Origin: an uncultured Gemmatimonadota bacterium
Lineage (GTDB): Bacteria; 4572-55
Length of the DNA: 64,000 bases
Assembly (NCBI GenBank): GCA_964404765.1
Contig: CAYOLL010000010.1
Coordinates: 159 to 64,158 of the forward strand
Direction of reading: 5' to 3'
How positions within the stretch are numbered: the first letter of the stretch is position 1; the number at the start of each line of letters is the position of its first letter. Position numbers and translations under genes: made by a program. The notes under the pieces are model-generated. The model saw only the letters and a program-made list of their open reading frames with translations, ran no database searches and was not told where the DNA came from. Below, piece after piece: positions 47,080 through 57,835 of this stretch.

Positions 47080-50000
47080 ATGACTCAGCTAAAACCCGGC
47101 ATGATTATCGAAGGACCATTCTGGCCCGAATTCGTCGAGATTCGACAAATCGAAGAATTGGGTGACTATTATCAGATTTCCGGCTTGACGAAGAACACCC
47201 ACCAGCATGTTGATCAACTCCTTTCGCAAAGCGACATGGCCAAAATCAGAGTGATTGGGGTGGATCGGCTTTTTGCCGAAGATGCCTGGAAAGTTTTTTT
47301 GGCGTTAGAGACCATCCGTTTCCGTTATGCTTCGTTGTATGATCCGTTGTTGGCCATGAATACCTCCAAAATTGACCCTTTACCTCACCAAATTGAAGCG
47401 GTTTACGGCTATGTGCTGCAATTACCTCGAATTCGCTTTTTGATTGCCGACGATCCGGGCGCCGGTAAAACAATTATGGCCGGATTGATCATCAAAGAGC
47501 TTAAAATTCGACACATGGCCAAGCGCATTTTGATTGTTGCGCCGGGGCATTTAAAAGACCAGTGGCAGCGCGAAATGCGCGAGCGTTTCTCCGAAAATTT
47601 TGTCGTGGTGGATCGTGGCTTTGTGGATGGATTTTATGGCGAAAATGTTTGGGCCAGAGAAAATCAATTAGTCACTTCCATAGATTTTGCTAAACGGGAT
47701 GAAGTGTTGCCGGCCATTTCGGCGGCCCGCTTTGATTTGATCATTGTGGATGAAGCGCATAAGATGAGCGCTTATCGTTACGGCGATAAAATTGACCGCA
47801 CCAGTCGCTACAAGTTGGGTGAAGTTTTATCCAAAAGCACCGAGCACCTATTGTTTTTGACGGCCACGCCGCATCGGGGTGATCAGGAGAATTTCCGCTT
47901 GTTTTTGGATCTGCTCGTGCCGGGCTTCTTTGCCACCAAACAGCAATTGGAAAAATCCGCTCAAGATAAGGATAACCCGCTTTTTATTCGCCGGGTCAAG
48001 GAAGATTTGAAAGATTTTGAGGGTAAACCCTTGTTTTTGCCGCGTCATGTCACCACCAAAGCCTTCAATCTGCGTAGCGAATCCCCAACTGAGCAAGACT
48101 TGTATAATGATCTTTCCAAATATGTGGTAGAGCAATACAACAAAGCCTTAACGAGGGACAAAAAGCGCAATGTCGCCTTTGCTCTGGTCATTCTGCAGCG
48201 CCGCTTGGCTTCTAGCACATACGCGGTTTTAAAGTCGTTGGAACGACGCAAAAAACGTCTTGAGGATATGTTAGAAGGCGCATCACAATTTGAAAAGCCC
48301 GGATTTGATGCCGATGTGGACGCAACTGATGACATGAACGAAGAAGAGCGTTGGAAAGAGGAAGAACTTTGGGAAACATTGAGTGTGGCCGAAAATCGGG
48401 AAGAATTAAAGAAAGAAGTAACCATTATTGAAAGTTTGATCCAAAAAGCCAAAAGTATCATCCACAACGAAGAAGAAATCAAACTTAAGCATTTTAGAGA
48501 TGCGTTAAAATCACTGCATGAACGGGTGACCGATCCGAAAGAACGGAAAATTCTTGTTTTTACAGAATCAAAGGATACGCTGGAATATCTGGAGAAAAAA
48601 GTCAACGAATGGGGTTATCGAATCAACACCATTCACGGCAGCATGAAATTGGATGAGCGGGTCAAGGCTGAGAGCGTTTTCAAGAATGAAACGGATGTGA
48701 TGATTGCCACGGAAGCCGCCGGCGAAGGCATTAACCTGCAATTCTGCCATTTGATGATCAATTACGATCTGCCCTGGAATCCAAACCGACTCGAACAGCG
48801 GATGGGTCGGATTCATCGCTATGGTCAAACGAAAGAAGTACAGATTGTCAATTTGGTCGCGGAAGATACCCGCGAAGGCGCGGTCATGTGCCGGCTGTTT
48901 CAAAAGCTGGATGAAATCCGGCAGGCGATGGGCAACGACAAAGTTTTTGATATGATTGGCAACATACTCTACGAAAAGAATTTGTCCCAATTGTTGGTTG
49001 AAGCAGCCGCTAATGCCCGTAGCATGGATGAAATTTTAAAAGACATGAATATTGTCGTCGACGAAGAGTATATTAGCAAAATAAAAATCAGTCTGGATGA
49101 AAGCTTAGCTACACACTTTATCGACTATACCCGCATCGCTGACATGGCCCAAAAAGCCCGCGAATATCGTTTGATTCCTGAGTACACTGAAGCATTTTTC
49201 ATAAAAGCCTTTTCACGGGCTGGCGGCAAATTCAGGTTATTGAAAAACGGCTTTATTGTCATTGACAGCATTCCCTTAGTCATTCGTCAGATTACCGGTA
49301 ATTTCAATTTTATCAAAACTTACGGCAAGTTGGACAAATACAACCGCATTACCTTCGACAAGGAGGTGGCTTTTAAAAATCCCGATGCCGAATTTGTCAC
49401 CTTTGGTCATCCGCTTTTTGAAGCAGTCATGCGCTGGATTGAAACCACTTTTGCCGAAACCGTTTTGAACGGCGCAACTTTTATTGATCCCGATGGCCGC
49501 ATGGATGGCTATTTGCTGTATTACGAGGCAGAAATCAAAGACGGCGCTAACACTATCGCCGGAAAAAGACTGTTTACGCTCTATGCCACTGCCACAGAAG
49601 TTATTCCTGTTTTTCCGGCCATTATTTGGGATTTGCAAGAAGCCACATCTCCCCAAATTGAAACCCTTGATCTGGAAGCGCTGAAAAAGCAAACTTTCGC
49701 TAAAGTCATTCCCATCCTGGAAGCCTATAAAGGCGAACTCTTAAAAGAACGGCAACGGCAGGCCGGGATAAAAGAAAAATACGGTATTACGTCCCTGAAT
49801 CATCTGATTTACGAGCTGGAAGAAGACTTGATCAAATTGAACGAGCGCAAGCTTCAGGGCGAAGCCATTGACTTGCCCATCCGCAATAAGGAAGAGCAAA
49901 AAGCCCGCTATTTGTACGCCCTGGAAAGCTTGAAAAAGCAGATTGAGCAGGAAAAAAATCTGGCTATGACCCGCCCGCGTTTTGTGGGCGCGCTGCGCGT

Positions 50001-50409
50001 TGTGCCCAATACAACGACGGATGCCGAAATGACCGAAAGCGTAGAAATCGAACACATCGGCATGGCCGAGGCCATGCGCTACGAGCGGGAGCAAGGCCGC
50101 GAACCCGAGGATGTTTCGGCGGAAAATTTGGGATTTGATATTCGTTCCAGAGAGAAAAACGGCGTCACCCGCTATATCGAAGTCAAAGCCCGCGCTGCTA
50201 CCGGGGCCGTCATACTGACGCAAAACGAGTGGTTCAAGGCCAAACGGTTTCAGCGGGATTATTATTTGTACGCCGTCCTAAACGCAGCCACCACACCGCA
50301 ACTGTATCTCGTCCAAAATCCGGCGCACAGCCTCAAACCCCAGGAGATTGCCGAATCCGTGCGTTATCTGATACCGTATCAAGAAATCCTCAACAACCGG
50401 CTGGCATAA
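47080..50409 (+). CDS. SNF2-family helicase with C-terminal DUF3883-like (PD-(D/E)xK) nuclease domain
   Basis: LPHQIEAV, ADDPGAGKT, IVDEAHK, LTATPH, ATEAAGEGINLQ, WNPNRLEQRMGRIHRYGQ; C-terminal GFDIRS...YIEVKAR. Confidence 0.92.
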   Translation: MTQLKPGMIIEGPFWPEFVEIRQIEELGDYYQISGLTKNTHQHVDQLLSQSDMAKIRVIGVDRLFAEDAWKVFLALETIRFRYASLYDPLLAMNTSKIDPLPHQIEAVYGYVLQLPRIRFLIADDPGAGKTIMAGLIIKELKIRHMAKRILIVAPGHLKDQWQREMRERFSENFVVVDRGFVDGFYGENVWARENQLVTSIDFAKRDEVLPAISAARFDLIIVDEAHKMSAYRYGDKIDRTSRYKLGEVLSKSTEHLLFLTATPHRGDQENFRLFLDLLVPGFFATKQQLEKSAQDKDNPLFIRRVKEDLKDFEGKPLFLPRHVTTKAFNLRSESPTEQDLYNDLSKYVVEQYNKALTRDKKRNVAFALVILQRRLASSTYAVLKSLERRKKRLEDMLEGASQFEKPGFDADVDATDDMNEEERWKEEELWETLSVAENREELKKEVTIIESLIQKAKSIIHNEEEIKLKHFRDALKSLHERVTDPKERKILVFTESKDTLEYLEKKVNEWGYRINTIHGSMKLDERVKAESVFKNETDVMIATEAAGEGINLQFCHLMINYDLPWNPNRLEQRMGRIHRYGQTKEVQIVNLVAEDTREGAVMCRLFQKLDEIRQAMGNDKVFDMIGNILYEKNLSQLLVEAAANARSMDEILKDMNIVVDEEYISKIKISLDESLATHFIDYTRIADMAQKAREYRLIPEYTEAFFIKAFSRAGGKFRLLKNGFIVIDSIPLVIRQITGNFNFIKTYGKLDKYNRITFDKEVAFKNPDAEFVTFGHPLFEAVMRWIETTFAETVLNGATFIDPDGRMDGYLLYYEAEIKDGANTIAGKRLFTLYATATEVIPVFPAIIWDLQEATSPQIETLDLEALKKQTFAKVIPILEAYKGELLKERQRQAGIKEKYGITSLNHLIYELEEDLIKLNERKLQGEAIDLPIRNKEEQKARYLYALESLKKQIEQEKNLAMTRPRFVGALRVVPNTTTDAEMTESVEIEHIGMAEAMRYEREQGREPEDVSAENLGFDIRSREKNGVTRYIEVKARAATGAVILTQNEWFKAKRFQRDYYLYAVLNAATTPQLYLVQNPAHSLKPQEIAESVRYLIPYQEILNNRLA

Positions 50410-50419
50410 GGAGAATAAT

Positions 50420-52135
50420 GTGCTGTCGCATGTGAGTATCCGAAATTTCAAACGCTTTGAATACATTGAAGTTGACCTGAATAACGCCGTCGTCTTTATC
50501 GGGCCGAATAATTGCGGTAAAACATCCGCCTTGCAAGCTTTGGCCTTGTGGGAATTGGGCGTCCGACGCTGGACCGAAAAGCGCGGTTTAAATGCGCCAT
50601 CGGCTAAACGCTCCGGGGTAGCCTTAAACCGGAACGATCTTCTTGCCATTCCCATTCCGACGACAAATTTGTTGTGGCGCGATCTCCATGTTCGTTCTAT
50701 CAAAAACCCCGGCGCTCGCGAAACAAAACCGCAAAACATCCGCATCGAAATTAAGGTGGACGGCGTGACGGAAGACAAAATCTGGTCGTGCGGACTGGAA
50801 TTTGACTACGCCAATGAAGAATCCCTTTACTGCCGCCCGCTCAATTCCGCCGAGCACGGACGAATCGGCGTTCCCCCGGAAGCGACAAATATTCGGGTCG
50901 CTTTTTTGCCGCCCATGTCCGGCCTGGCCGCCATTGAACCCAAATGGGAACCGGGCCGCATCAAGGTGCTGTTGGGCGAGGGTCAAACCGCGCAAGTGCT
51001 GCGAAACTTATGCTGGCAGGTTTATGAAAAGCGCACCGACGATTGGGCGGAAATAACCGGCCTGATTCAGCGCTATTTTGGTGTGGAATTACTGCCTCCC
51101 GAACACATCGGCGAGCGCGGCGAAATTCGCATGGCCTATCGGGAAGCAACCGGTACGCGCCTGGATTTATCCTCCGCCGGACGAGGTTTGCAACAAACGC
51201 TGTTATTGCTAACCCATTTATACGCCAATCCCCAAACCGTTCTACTGCTGGATGAACCCGATGCTCATCTGGAAATTTTGCGTCAGCGACATCTCTATCA
51301 AATGTTGACGGAAACCGCCGGACGGCAAAGTTCGCAAGTCATTATCGCCAGTCATTCCGAGGTCATTTTAAACGAAGCCGCCGGACGGGATATGGTGATT
51401 GCCTTTGTCGGGCAACCGCATCGGCTGAACGACCGGGGCAGTCAACTTCTCAAATCTCTGCGCGACATCAGTTTCGATCATTATTATCAGGCCGAACAAA
51501 CCGGCTGGGTGCTGTATCTGGAAGGCTCGACCGATCTGGCCGTTTTGCAAACCCTGGCCAAACAATTGAACCATCCCGCAGCGAGCCTGTTGGAACGCCC
51601 GTTTGTGCATTACGTGGCCAATCAGCCGCAAAAAGCCAGAGATCATTTCTTCGGCTTGCGCGAGGCTAAAAAAGACCTGGTGGGCCTGGCTTTGTTTGAT
51701 CGCTTAGAGAAAACCGTCCCAACGGACTCGTCCTTAGTTGAATTGACCTGGCGGCGACGCGAACTGGAAAACTACCTCTGCTCCGAAGCCGTGCTGCTGG
51801 CCTACGCCCGCCACGATCAACCCTTCGATCTGTTTGGCGCGGCGGAAGCCAATCGCCGTGAGCAGACCATGCGCGAGGCAATCAACGAAATGACCGCCGC
51901 TTTAAAAGTCCTGCGCAAGTTGGAGCCGTGGTCCCCGGACGTTAAAGCGTCCGATGACTTTTTGGATCGGCTTTTTGAAATCTACTTTGAAAAATTACAA
52001 CTGCCCAATCTCATGCGCAAAACCGACTATCACGTTCTGGCCCGTTTTGTGCCCGCAGATCAAATTGATCCGGAAATCACCGAAAAATTAGACGCCATCG
52101 TCGCTATCGCCCAAAAAGCCCAACCATGCCAATAA
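50420..52135 (+). CDS. OLD-like ABC/AAA ATPase with C-terminal TOPRIM-type domain
   Basis: IRNFKRF, Walker A GPNNCGKT, signature-like SSAGRG, Walker B LLLDEPDAH, ASHS, TOPRIM-like YLEGSTD and RELENY. Confidence 0.8.
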   Translation: MLSHVSIRNFKRFEYIEVDLNNAVVFIGPNNCGKTSALQALALWELGVRRWTEKRGLNAPSAKRSGVALNRNDLLAIPIPTTNLLWRDLHVRSIKNPGARETKPQNIRIEIKVDGVTEDKIWSCGLEFDYANEESLYCRPLNSAEHGRIGVPPEATNIRVAFLPPMSGLAAIEPKWEPGRIKVLLGEGQTAQVLRNLCWQVYEKRTDDWAEITGLIQRYFGVELLPPEHIGERGEIRMAYREATGTRLDLSSAGRGLQQTLLLLTHLYANPQTVLLLDEPDAHLEILRQRHLYQMLTETAGRQSSQVIIASHSEVILNEAAGRDMVIAFVGQPHRLNDRGSQLLKSLRDISFDHYYQAEQTGWVLYLEGSTDLAVLQTLAKQLNHPAASLLERPFVHYVANQPQKARDHFFGLREAKKDLVGLALFDRLEKTVPTDSSLVELTWRRRELENYLCSEAVLLAYARHDQPFDLFGAAEANRREQTMREAINEMTAALKVLRKLEPWSPDVKASDDFLDRLFEIYFEKLQLPNLMRKTDYHVLARFVPADQIDPEITEKLDAIVAIAQKAQPCQ

Positions 52136-52175
52136 GGAGTAGCAAATTTTAATTTGCCCGCTTGCCCGCGCCAAG

Positions 52176-52204
52176 AGATTCCATCTTTTGAAAAGATGGA
52201 GTCT
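52176..52204. repeat. 29-bp hairpin AGATTCCATCTTTT-G-AAAAGATGGAGTCT between ATPase and methylase
   Basis: 14-bp stem with one G-T pair. Confidence 0.6.
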
Positions 52205-52226
52205 GAATTTTCAATAAGGAATTATA

Positions 52227-55136
52227 ATGAACCCCAAACACAAACGCTTTATCGAAGAAACCTTCCCGGTCAAAGAAGTCAGCGAAGCCTCGGCCAAAGA
52301 GAAGAACATCCGGCACGGCCATATCTCCACGCTGCATATCTGGTGGGCCCGCCGTCCGCTGGCCGCCTCGCGAGCCACGGCTTACGCAGCCTTGACGCCC
52401 GCGCCCAAAAACGAGCAGGAACGCATCGAAAAGAAAAAGTTCATTGCCGAACTGGCCCAATGGGAAAACTCGCTCAACCCGGAACTGCTGGCCAAAGCCC
52501 GGCAGGACATTCTGGACGCCAATGGCGGTGTGCCGCCCCGCGTGCTCGACCCATTTGGTGGCGGTGGGTCTATTCCATTGGAGGCTTTGCGCCTGGGCTG
52601 CGAAACTTATTCCAATGACCTGAACCCGGTGGCCGTGCTGATCCAAAAATGCACCCTGGAATATCCGCAAAAATACGGCCAACCGATTCCCCGCAGCCAA
52701 TATATGGCCGAACGCCCCTGGCTCGGTTCCAGCCCGGAAAAATCCAAAAAGAAAAGTCGCCAGACCGATTTGCAGCAGGAGGAAACGGTCAACCCGTTGC
52801 TGGAAGATGTGAAATATTGGGGCAATTGGGTTCTTCAGGAGGCCAAAAAAGAACTGGCGCAATTTTATCCGGCTGATGCGGATGGCGGCGTGCCGGTCGG
52901 CTATATCTGGGCGCGGACCATTCCCTGCCAAAACCCGGCCTGCGGCGCGAAAATTCCGCTGATGCGTCAGTTCTGGTTAGCCAAAAAGGACAAGAAAAAA
53001 GTCTCTCTTTTTCCCTACGTGGAAAGAAATGACATTTCTCCAAGAAATGTCATTTCTAAAGTTTTGTTTAAAATTGTTGGCGATGGCTACGCCGACTGGC
53101 CGGCCGGTTTTGACCCGGAAGATGGCACCGTAGCCCGGGCCGTGGCCGTATGCCCATGCTGCGGCGGCACAACCGCCGATAAGGATACCCGCCGCCTGTT
53201 CCGCGAAGGACAGGCCGGACAGCGGATGATTGCCGTCGTGTTGAATCCTGCTGTAAAGGTGGCCGGGGAGAGGACAAAAGGCAAGCGTTACCGCCTGGCC
53301 ACCGCCGACGACATGGTCGTGTTTAACCGGGCCGCCGCCTATTTGCAGGAAAAGCGCGAACGGCTGATGGCCGAATGGGGCATGGACCCGGTGCCGGATG
53401 AAGAAACCCCGGAAGGCAAAGGACGTGGTGCTGAACGAGCTTTTTCAATACGAAATTACGGCATGTTGAAATGGGGTGATCTGTTCAATCCCCGCCAACA
53501 ATTGGCTGTGATCTCCTTTGCCGATGCGGTTCGCCGCGCACATCCCAAAATGATCGCACAAAGCTGCGAGGCGGAATATGCTAAGGCGATTGTGAGTTAT
53601 TTAGGATTAACTATTGATAGGCTTATAACGAGAAATTCAAACATTTGTGTATGGCATAATGGATCAGAAAATGTTGAAAAAGTTTATGCTATACAGGTAC
53701 TCCCTATGAAGTGGGAGTACCCTGAAAGTAATCCAATTATTGGAGAAAATGTCACAGCTTTCATGGGAAATTTGAATTCAGTTCTAAATGTGATTGATGA
53801 TTTATCAAAAATTGCTTCTGAAAATTTGGAAAATATTAATATTAAAAACACTTCCGCCACTAATCTACATTACTCTGACAATTTTTTTAGCGCCGTTTTA
53901 ACCGATCCGCCTTATTATGACAATGTGCCGTATTCCTATTTATCCGACTTTTTCTATGTTTGGCTCAAGCGCACATTGGGAACTGTCCATCCTGATCTTT
54001 TTTCCACGCCGCTAACGCCCAAAAAGAATGAGATTGTCGCCTATTCCAACATCGAAGGCGGTTTTGAAGCCGGTAAACAATTCTTTGAGACGATGCTCAA
54101 AAAATCCTTTCAGGAAATGCACCGCGTCCTCAAGCCTAACGGTATCGCCATTATTGTTTATGCTCATAAATCCACCGAAGGCTGGGAAACGCTGATCAAT
54201 TCTTTGCTGGATTCTGGTTTGATCGTCACCGGGGCGTATCCAATTCATACGGAAATGCAAAGCCGCTTGCGGGCCAGTGAATCGGCAGCTTTAGCCTCGT
54301 CCATCTACCTCATCGCCCGCAAAATGGATCGTCGGCCCACCGGCTTTTATGACGACATCCGCCGCGACCTGAAAACCCATCTGGATCAAAAATTGGATAT
54401 GCTGTGGAACGAAGGCATCGGCGGGGCCGACTTCTTTATCGCTGCCATCGGCTCGGCCATCGAGGTCTTTGGTCAATACGAAAAAGTCATGGACGATAGC
54501 GGGGCCATCATCCGCGCCAACACTTTGCTGGCCGATGTGCGCAAGTTGGTCACCGACTATGCCGTCAAAAAAATCCTGCGCAACGGCTTTGCCGGGGAAG
54601 TGACCAATATCACCCGTTTCTACGTGCTCTATCGCTGGAGCCTCGGCGCGGCCAAAGCCCCCTTTGACGATGCTCACAAACTGGCCCAGAGTTGCAGCGT
54701 GGAACTCAAGGACGTGTGGAACAGCAGCGGTTTTGTGGTCAAGGACAAGGAATTTGTCAAAGTCCTCGGCCCGCACGAGCGCAAGCTGGAGGACATCAAG
54801 AGCGATTCGGGCGAATTAATTGATGCGTTGCATTTGGTTTTAAATCTATGGGAAAAGAGTCGGCGCGACGACCTGGTGGCGGTCTTGCAGCAGAGCGGCT
54901 TTGGCCGCAGCGAAGCCTTTTATCGCGTGGCCCAGGCCATCTCCGAAACGCTGCCCAACGACAGCAAGGAGAAAAAGCTGCTGGACGGCTTTTTGGCCGG
55001 ACGCGCCCGCGTGGAAAAAGAGGTCAAGGAACTGAAAGTCGGCCCGTATCAAACGGGCAAGAAGAAAAGCAAAGAAGCATCCCCCGATCAAATGGAATTG
55101 GGTTTAACAGTGCAAGAAGGAGGTCAAGACGAATGA
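52227..55136 (+). CDS. DUF1156 adenine-specific DNA methyltransferase
   Basis: [17 protein letters not shown]-binding [11 protein letters not shown], Zn-finger CxxC pairs, catalytic TDPPYYDN. Confidence 0.9.
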   Translation: MNPKHKRFIEETFPVKEVSEASAKEKNIRHGHISTLHIWWARRPLAASRATAYAALTPAPKNEQERIEKKKFIAELAQWENSLNPELLAKARQDILDANGGVPPRVLDPFGGGGSIPLEALRLGCETYSNDLNPVAVLIQKCTLEYPQKYGQPIPRSQYMAERPWLGSSPEKSKKKSRQTDLQQEETVNPLLEDVKYWGNWVLQEAKKELAQFYPADADGGVPVGYIWARTIPCQNPACGAKIPLMRQFWLAKKDKKKVSLFPYVERNDISPRNVISKVLFKIVGDGYADWPAGFDPEDGTVARAVAVCPCCGGTTADKDTRRLFREGQAGQRMIAVVLNPAVKVAGERTKGKRYRLATADDMVVFNRAAAYLQEKRERLMAEWGMDPVPDEETPEGKGRGAERAFSIRNYGMLKWGDLFNPRQQLAVISFADAVRRAHPKMIAQSCEAEYAKAIVSYLGLTIDRLITRNSNICVWHNGSENVEKVYAIQVLPMKWEYPESNPIIGENVTAFMGNLNSVLNVIDDLSKIASENLENINIKNTSATNLHYSDNFFSAVLTDPPYYDNVPYSYLSDFFYVWLKRTLGTVHPDLFSTPLTPKKNEIVAYSNIEGGFEAGKQFFETMLKKSFQEMHRVLKPNGIAIIVYAHKSTEGWETLINSLLDSGLIVTGAYPIHTEMQSRLRASESAALASSIYLIARKMDRRPTGFYDDIRRDLKTHLDQKLDMLWNEGIGGADFFIAAIGSAIEVFGQYEKVMDDSGAIIRANTLLADVRKLVTDYAVKKILRNGFAGEVTNITRFYVLYRWSLGAAKAPFDDAHKLAQSCSVELKDVWNSSGFVVKDKEFVKVLGPHERKLEDIKSDSGELIDALHLVLNLWEKSRRDDLVAVLQQSGFGRSEAFYRVAQAISETLPNDSKEKKLLDGFLAGRARVEKEVKELKVGPYQTGKKKSKEASPDQMELGLTVQEGGQDE
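53025..53057. repeat. 33-bp double palindrome in frame in the methylase
   Basis: Encodes [11 protein letters not shown] in FPYVE|[11 protein letters not shown]|KVLFKIVG; identical to 27224-27256 and 32480-32512. Confidence 0.92.
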
Positions 55137-57706
55137 AACCGTTTCATACTGTAGCTGTGCCGCATGACGATGTGGCGCAAGGCAATTTCTCATTAGATGT
55201 CTACGCCGCTAATTTATGGGATGTGCGGCTGAATACCGGCGTAGAAGAATATCGGGACGCCGAGCGTTTCTTTAAAAAAACGCATATGACAATTGGATTA
55301 AATAACCTTTTGGTTGATGTGGAAAACCGATTGTGCGGACGCGGCGGCGATCCGGTCATTCAATTGCAAACACCTTTTGGCGGCGGCAAAACCCACGCCC
55401 TGATTGCCATGTATCACAAGGCAAAACTATGGGGCGCCAAGCCGGTGGCCATCGTCGGCGAAAAGCTCAATACGGGCTCCAAGGTGACGGATTTTGATAC
55501 TTTTTGGGGACAAATGGAAGAGCAGCTCACCGGGGGACGGGCAGAGTTTTCGAGTCATGTGCCGCCCGGCGGGGATCAGATTCGCCGGTTTCTGGAGAAA
55601 CATCAACCGGTCTTGATTTTGATTGATGAACCCATTCCGTATTTGAATACAGCCGATGCGGTCGCGGTGGGCAACGCGCCTTTAACCACATTGACGTTGA
55701 CATTTATTCAGAATTTGACCAACGTCGCAAGCGAAATGTCCGGCGTTGCATTAGCCCTGACAACCACGCCGAGCAATCCGTATAATAATACCGAGCGCGG
55801 GTCCTGGATTGCCCAACAGCTTCAGAGTATCACAGGTCGTCGAGAGATTATTAAGTCACCTGTTCAGGACGACGAGGTGCAGCATATTATCCGTAAACGA
55901 CTTTTTAAACCATTTGAGGACGCGGAGATCAAACCGATTGTTACTGCGTTTGTAGATTATGCCGACAAAAACGGCATTTTGCCGGGCAATGTTCAACCGG
56001 GTGAATACCGGGATCGTTTTATGGCTTCTTATCCGTTTTTGCCGGAGGTCGTTGATGTACTTTATCATCGCTGGGGCACATTTCCAAAATTTCAGCGGAC
56101 GCGGGGGGTATTGCGTTTTCTTTCGCTGATTGTTCACACCTTAGCCAAGTCAAAAAGCGACTACATCAGTCTGGCGGATGTGGATTTGAGTGTTCAGGAA
56201 ATTCGACAAGAATTGATCAAACACATTGGCATAGAATATAACAGCGTTATTGCGGCAGACATTACCAATCCCAACTCCGGCAGCAAGCGGGTTGATGAGA
56301 ATCTGGGCAGTTCCTATCGCGGTCTGAAGTTAGGCGTCCGGGCGGCCACCACGATTTTTATGTATTCATTTTCCGGGGCGATGGGCGAGCCGGGCGTTAC
56401 ATCCGGGGAAATCAAGCGGCAAGCCACCACGCTGGATAATCCGGCCAGCATCGTCACCGAAGCGTTGGAGCAGTTCAAGACGCGGCTGTTCTATCTGCAA
56501 AATCCGGGCGACAAATACTATTTCAAAAATCAGTCCAACTTAAATTTGGTCTTGCTCAATCGCATGGAAAACGTGCGGGAAGAGGACATGCGCCAACGCG
56601 AGCATGATTTGATCAAACAGAATTGTCAGGGCAAAGTTTTTGAGCCGTATCTCTGGAAAGAAAATCCGGCTGATGTGGCTGATAACGAACGGTTTAAGCT
56701 GGTGATCTTGCGCCAGAAAAATGAGTCAATCATGCAGGCCATTTTAAAGAACAAGGGCCAGTCGCCACGTATTTACACCAATACCATTTTCTTTCTATGT
56801 TCGCAGGATACGGCGCACACGGGTTTTCTCAACCAACTCAAGCGGGCGCTGGCTTATGAAAGCATTGAGCGTGACGCGGCTTCGCTGCAACTCTCCGAGG
56901 AGCAGAAAAAACAGGTGCGGGATGATTTGAAAAAGGCCAAGAATGATTTAACCGACGCCATTCGCGGTTTATATCGTCTGATTGTTTATGCAGATAAAAA
57001 CGGTTTGGAGACGATTGACATGGGCAACCCTACCTACGGTTCCTATCGCGGCATGGATGCGGAAGTATTCGAAGCGCTCAAATCAAAAGGCCGTATTCTG
57101 GACAGGTTAGCGCCGATTGTCCTGAAAGAAAAGTATCTGACTCAAAATTCGTATGTTGAAACTGAGAAATTGTATAATGCCTCGCTCAATACGCCCGGCG
57201 AGAAGTGCTTCAGTGTCCCGCGTGTGTTGGAAGATTGCATTCGGGAAGGCGTCAAAAACGGACTTTTCGGCCTGGGCGAGTTAGAGAACGGCGAGGTTAA
57301 GTGTCGGTTCTATCCAAAAGATAATCCCACAGTTTCTTTAGCCGGAAGTGAGATTATTATTGCGGAATATCTGTGCATCAAACCGAAGCCCGCAGAAGTG
57401 GAAAAGCCGTATGATATACCAGCCCCGGAAGGCAGCCTTGCCAAAGAACCGGAGCACAAGAAAGAAATCGTTGCCCCGACCGGACGAAATCAACTCCAGC
57501 TACGGTTTGAAATTCCACGCGGAAAAGTATCGAACATGATGGGCATTCTGAATTATCTTCATTCAAAATTTGGGAAGTTGGAGCTTAGCGTAACGGCTAC
57601 AAATGGCAGCGTGACGGATCAGGAGTTTGAGGATAAAGTGGCGGAAGCGTTCCGGCAGTTGGGCATTGAGCCTGAGGAATCGCCTAAAGACGGACGCGGG
57701 GTTTGA
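55133..57706 (+). CDS. DUF499 AAA+ ATPase
   Basis: Start moved to ATG 55133 (ATGA overlap, GGAGG RBS); FFKKTHMT, Walker [31 protein letters not shown]; stop TGA lies inside the right att-like repeat. Confidence 0.88.
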   Translation: MKPFHTVAVPHDDVAQGNFSLDVYAANLWDVRLNTGVEEYRDAERFFKKTHMTIGLNNLLVDVENRLCGRGGDPVIQLQTPFGGGKTHALIAMYHKAKLWGAKPVAIVGEKLNTGSKVTDFDTFWGQMEEQLTGGRAEFSSHVPPGGDQIRRFLEKHQPVLILIDEPIPYLNTADAVAVGNAPLTTLTLTFIQNLTNVASEMSGVALALTTTPSNPYNNTERGSWIAQQLQSITGRREIIKSPVQDDEVQHIIRKRLFKPFEDAEIKPIVTAFVDYADKNGILPGNVQPGEYRDRFMASYPFLPEVVDVLYHRWGTFPKFQRTRGVLRFLSLIVHTLAKSKSDYISLADVDLSVQEIRQELIKHIGIEYNSVIAADITNPNSGSKRVDENLGSSYRGLKLGVRAATTIFMYSFSGAMGEPGVTSGEIKRQATTLDNPASIVTEALEQFKTRLFYLQNPGDKYYFKNQSNLNLVLLNRMENVREEDMRQREHDLIKQNCQGKVFEPYLWKENPADVADNERFKLVILRQKNESIMQAILKNKGQSPRIYTNTIFFLCSQDTAHTGFLNQLKRALAYESIERDAASLQLSEEQKKQVRDDLKKAKNDLTDAIRGLYRLIVYADKNGLETIDMGNPTYGSYRGMDAEVFEALKSKGRILDRLAPIVLKEKYLTQNSYVETEKLYNASLNTPGEKCFSVPRVLEDCIREGVKNGLFGLGELENGEVKCRFYPKDNPTVSLAGSEIIIAEYLCIKPKPAEVEKPYDIPAPEGSLAKEPEHKKEIVAPTGRNQLQLRFEIPRGKVSNMMGILNYLHSKFGKLELSVTATNGSVTDQEFEDKVAEAFRQLGIEPEESPKDGRGV

Positions 57707-57765
57707 GGCAACGCGGAAGCTGCTGTTGATCAAATAACCCGGAGCGTCATAGAAGTGCCTGACAG

Positions 57766-57807
57766 GCGGTCGTATGAAAGGTAACTTTCGTACAACCGCT
57801 TTTTTTT
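57766..57807 (+). terminator. Terminator homologous to 35165-35206 (displaced module terminator)
   Basis: GCGGTCGTATGAAAG-GTAA-CTTTCGTACAACCGC plus T8. Confidence 0.85.
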
Positions 57808-57835
57808 GATATGGAGGATGCCATGCGTTTTTTTA

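Larger units (their letters stand above)
46727..57737. mobile_element. 11-kb integrase-less defence island bounded by att-like 59-bp direct repeats
   Basis: 46727-46785 vs 57679-57737: 51/59 identical, 23-bp perfect core AAGACGGACGCGGGGTTTGAGGC; right copy encodes [18 protein letters not shown] and is followed by a module-type terminator. Confidence 0.75.

Noticed and set aside
54848-55132. ORF-track N-terminal extension of the DUF499 gene
   Set aside because: It overlaps the methylase in another frame; the RBS and ATGA overlap put the start at 55133.
47080-57706. Canonical BREX or DISARM
   Set aside because: No PglZ phosphatase, BrxL or DrmA/B-type partners; gene content fits the DUF499/DUF1156/SNF2 class instead.
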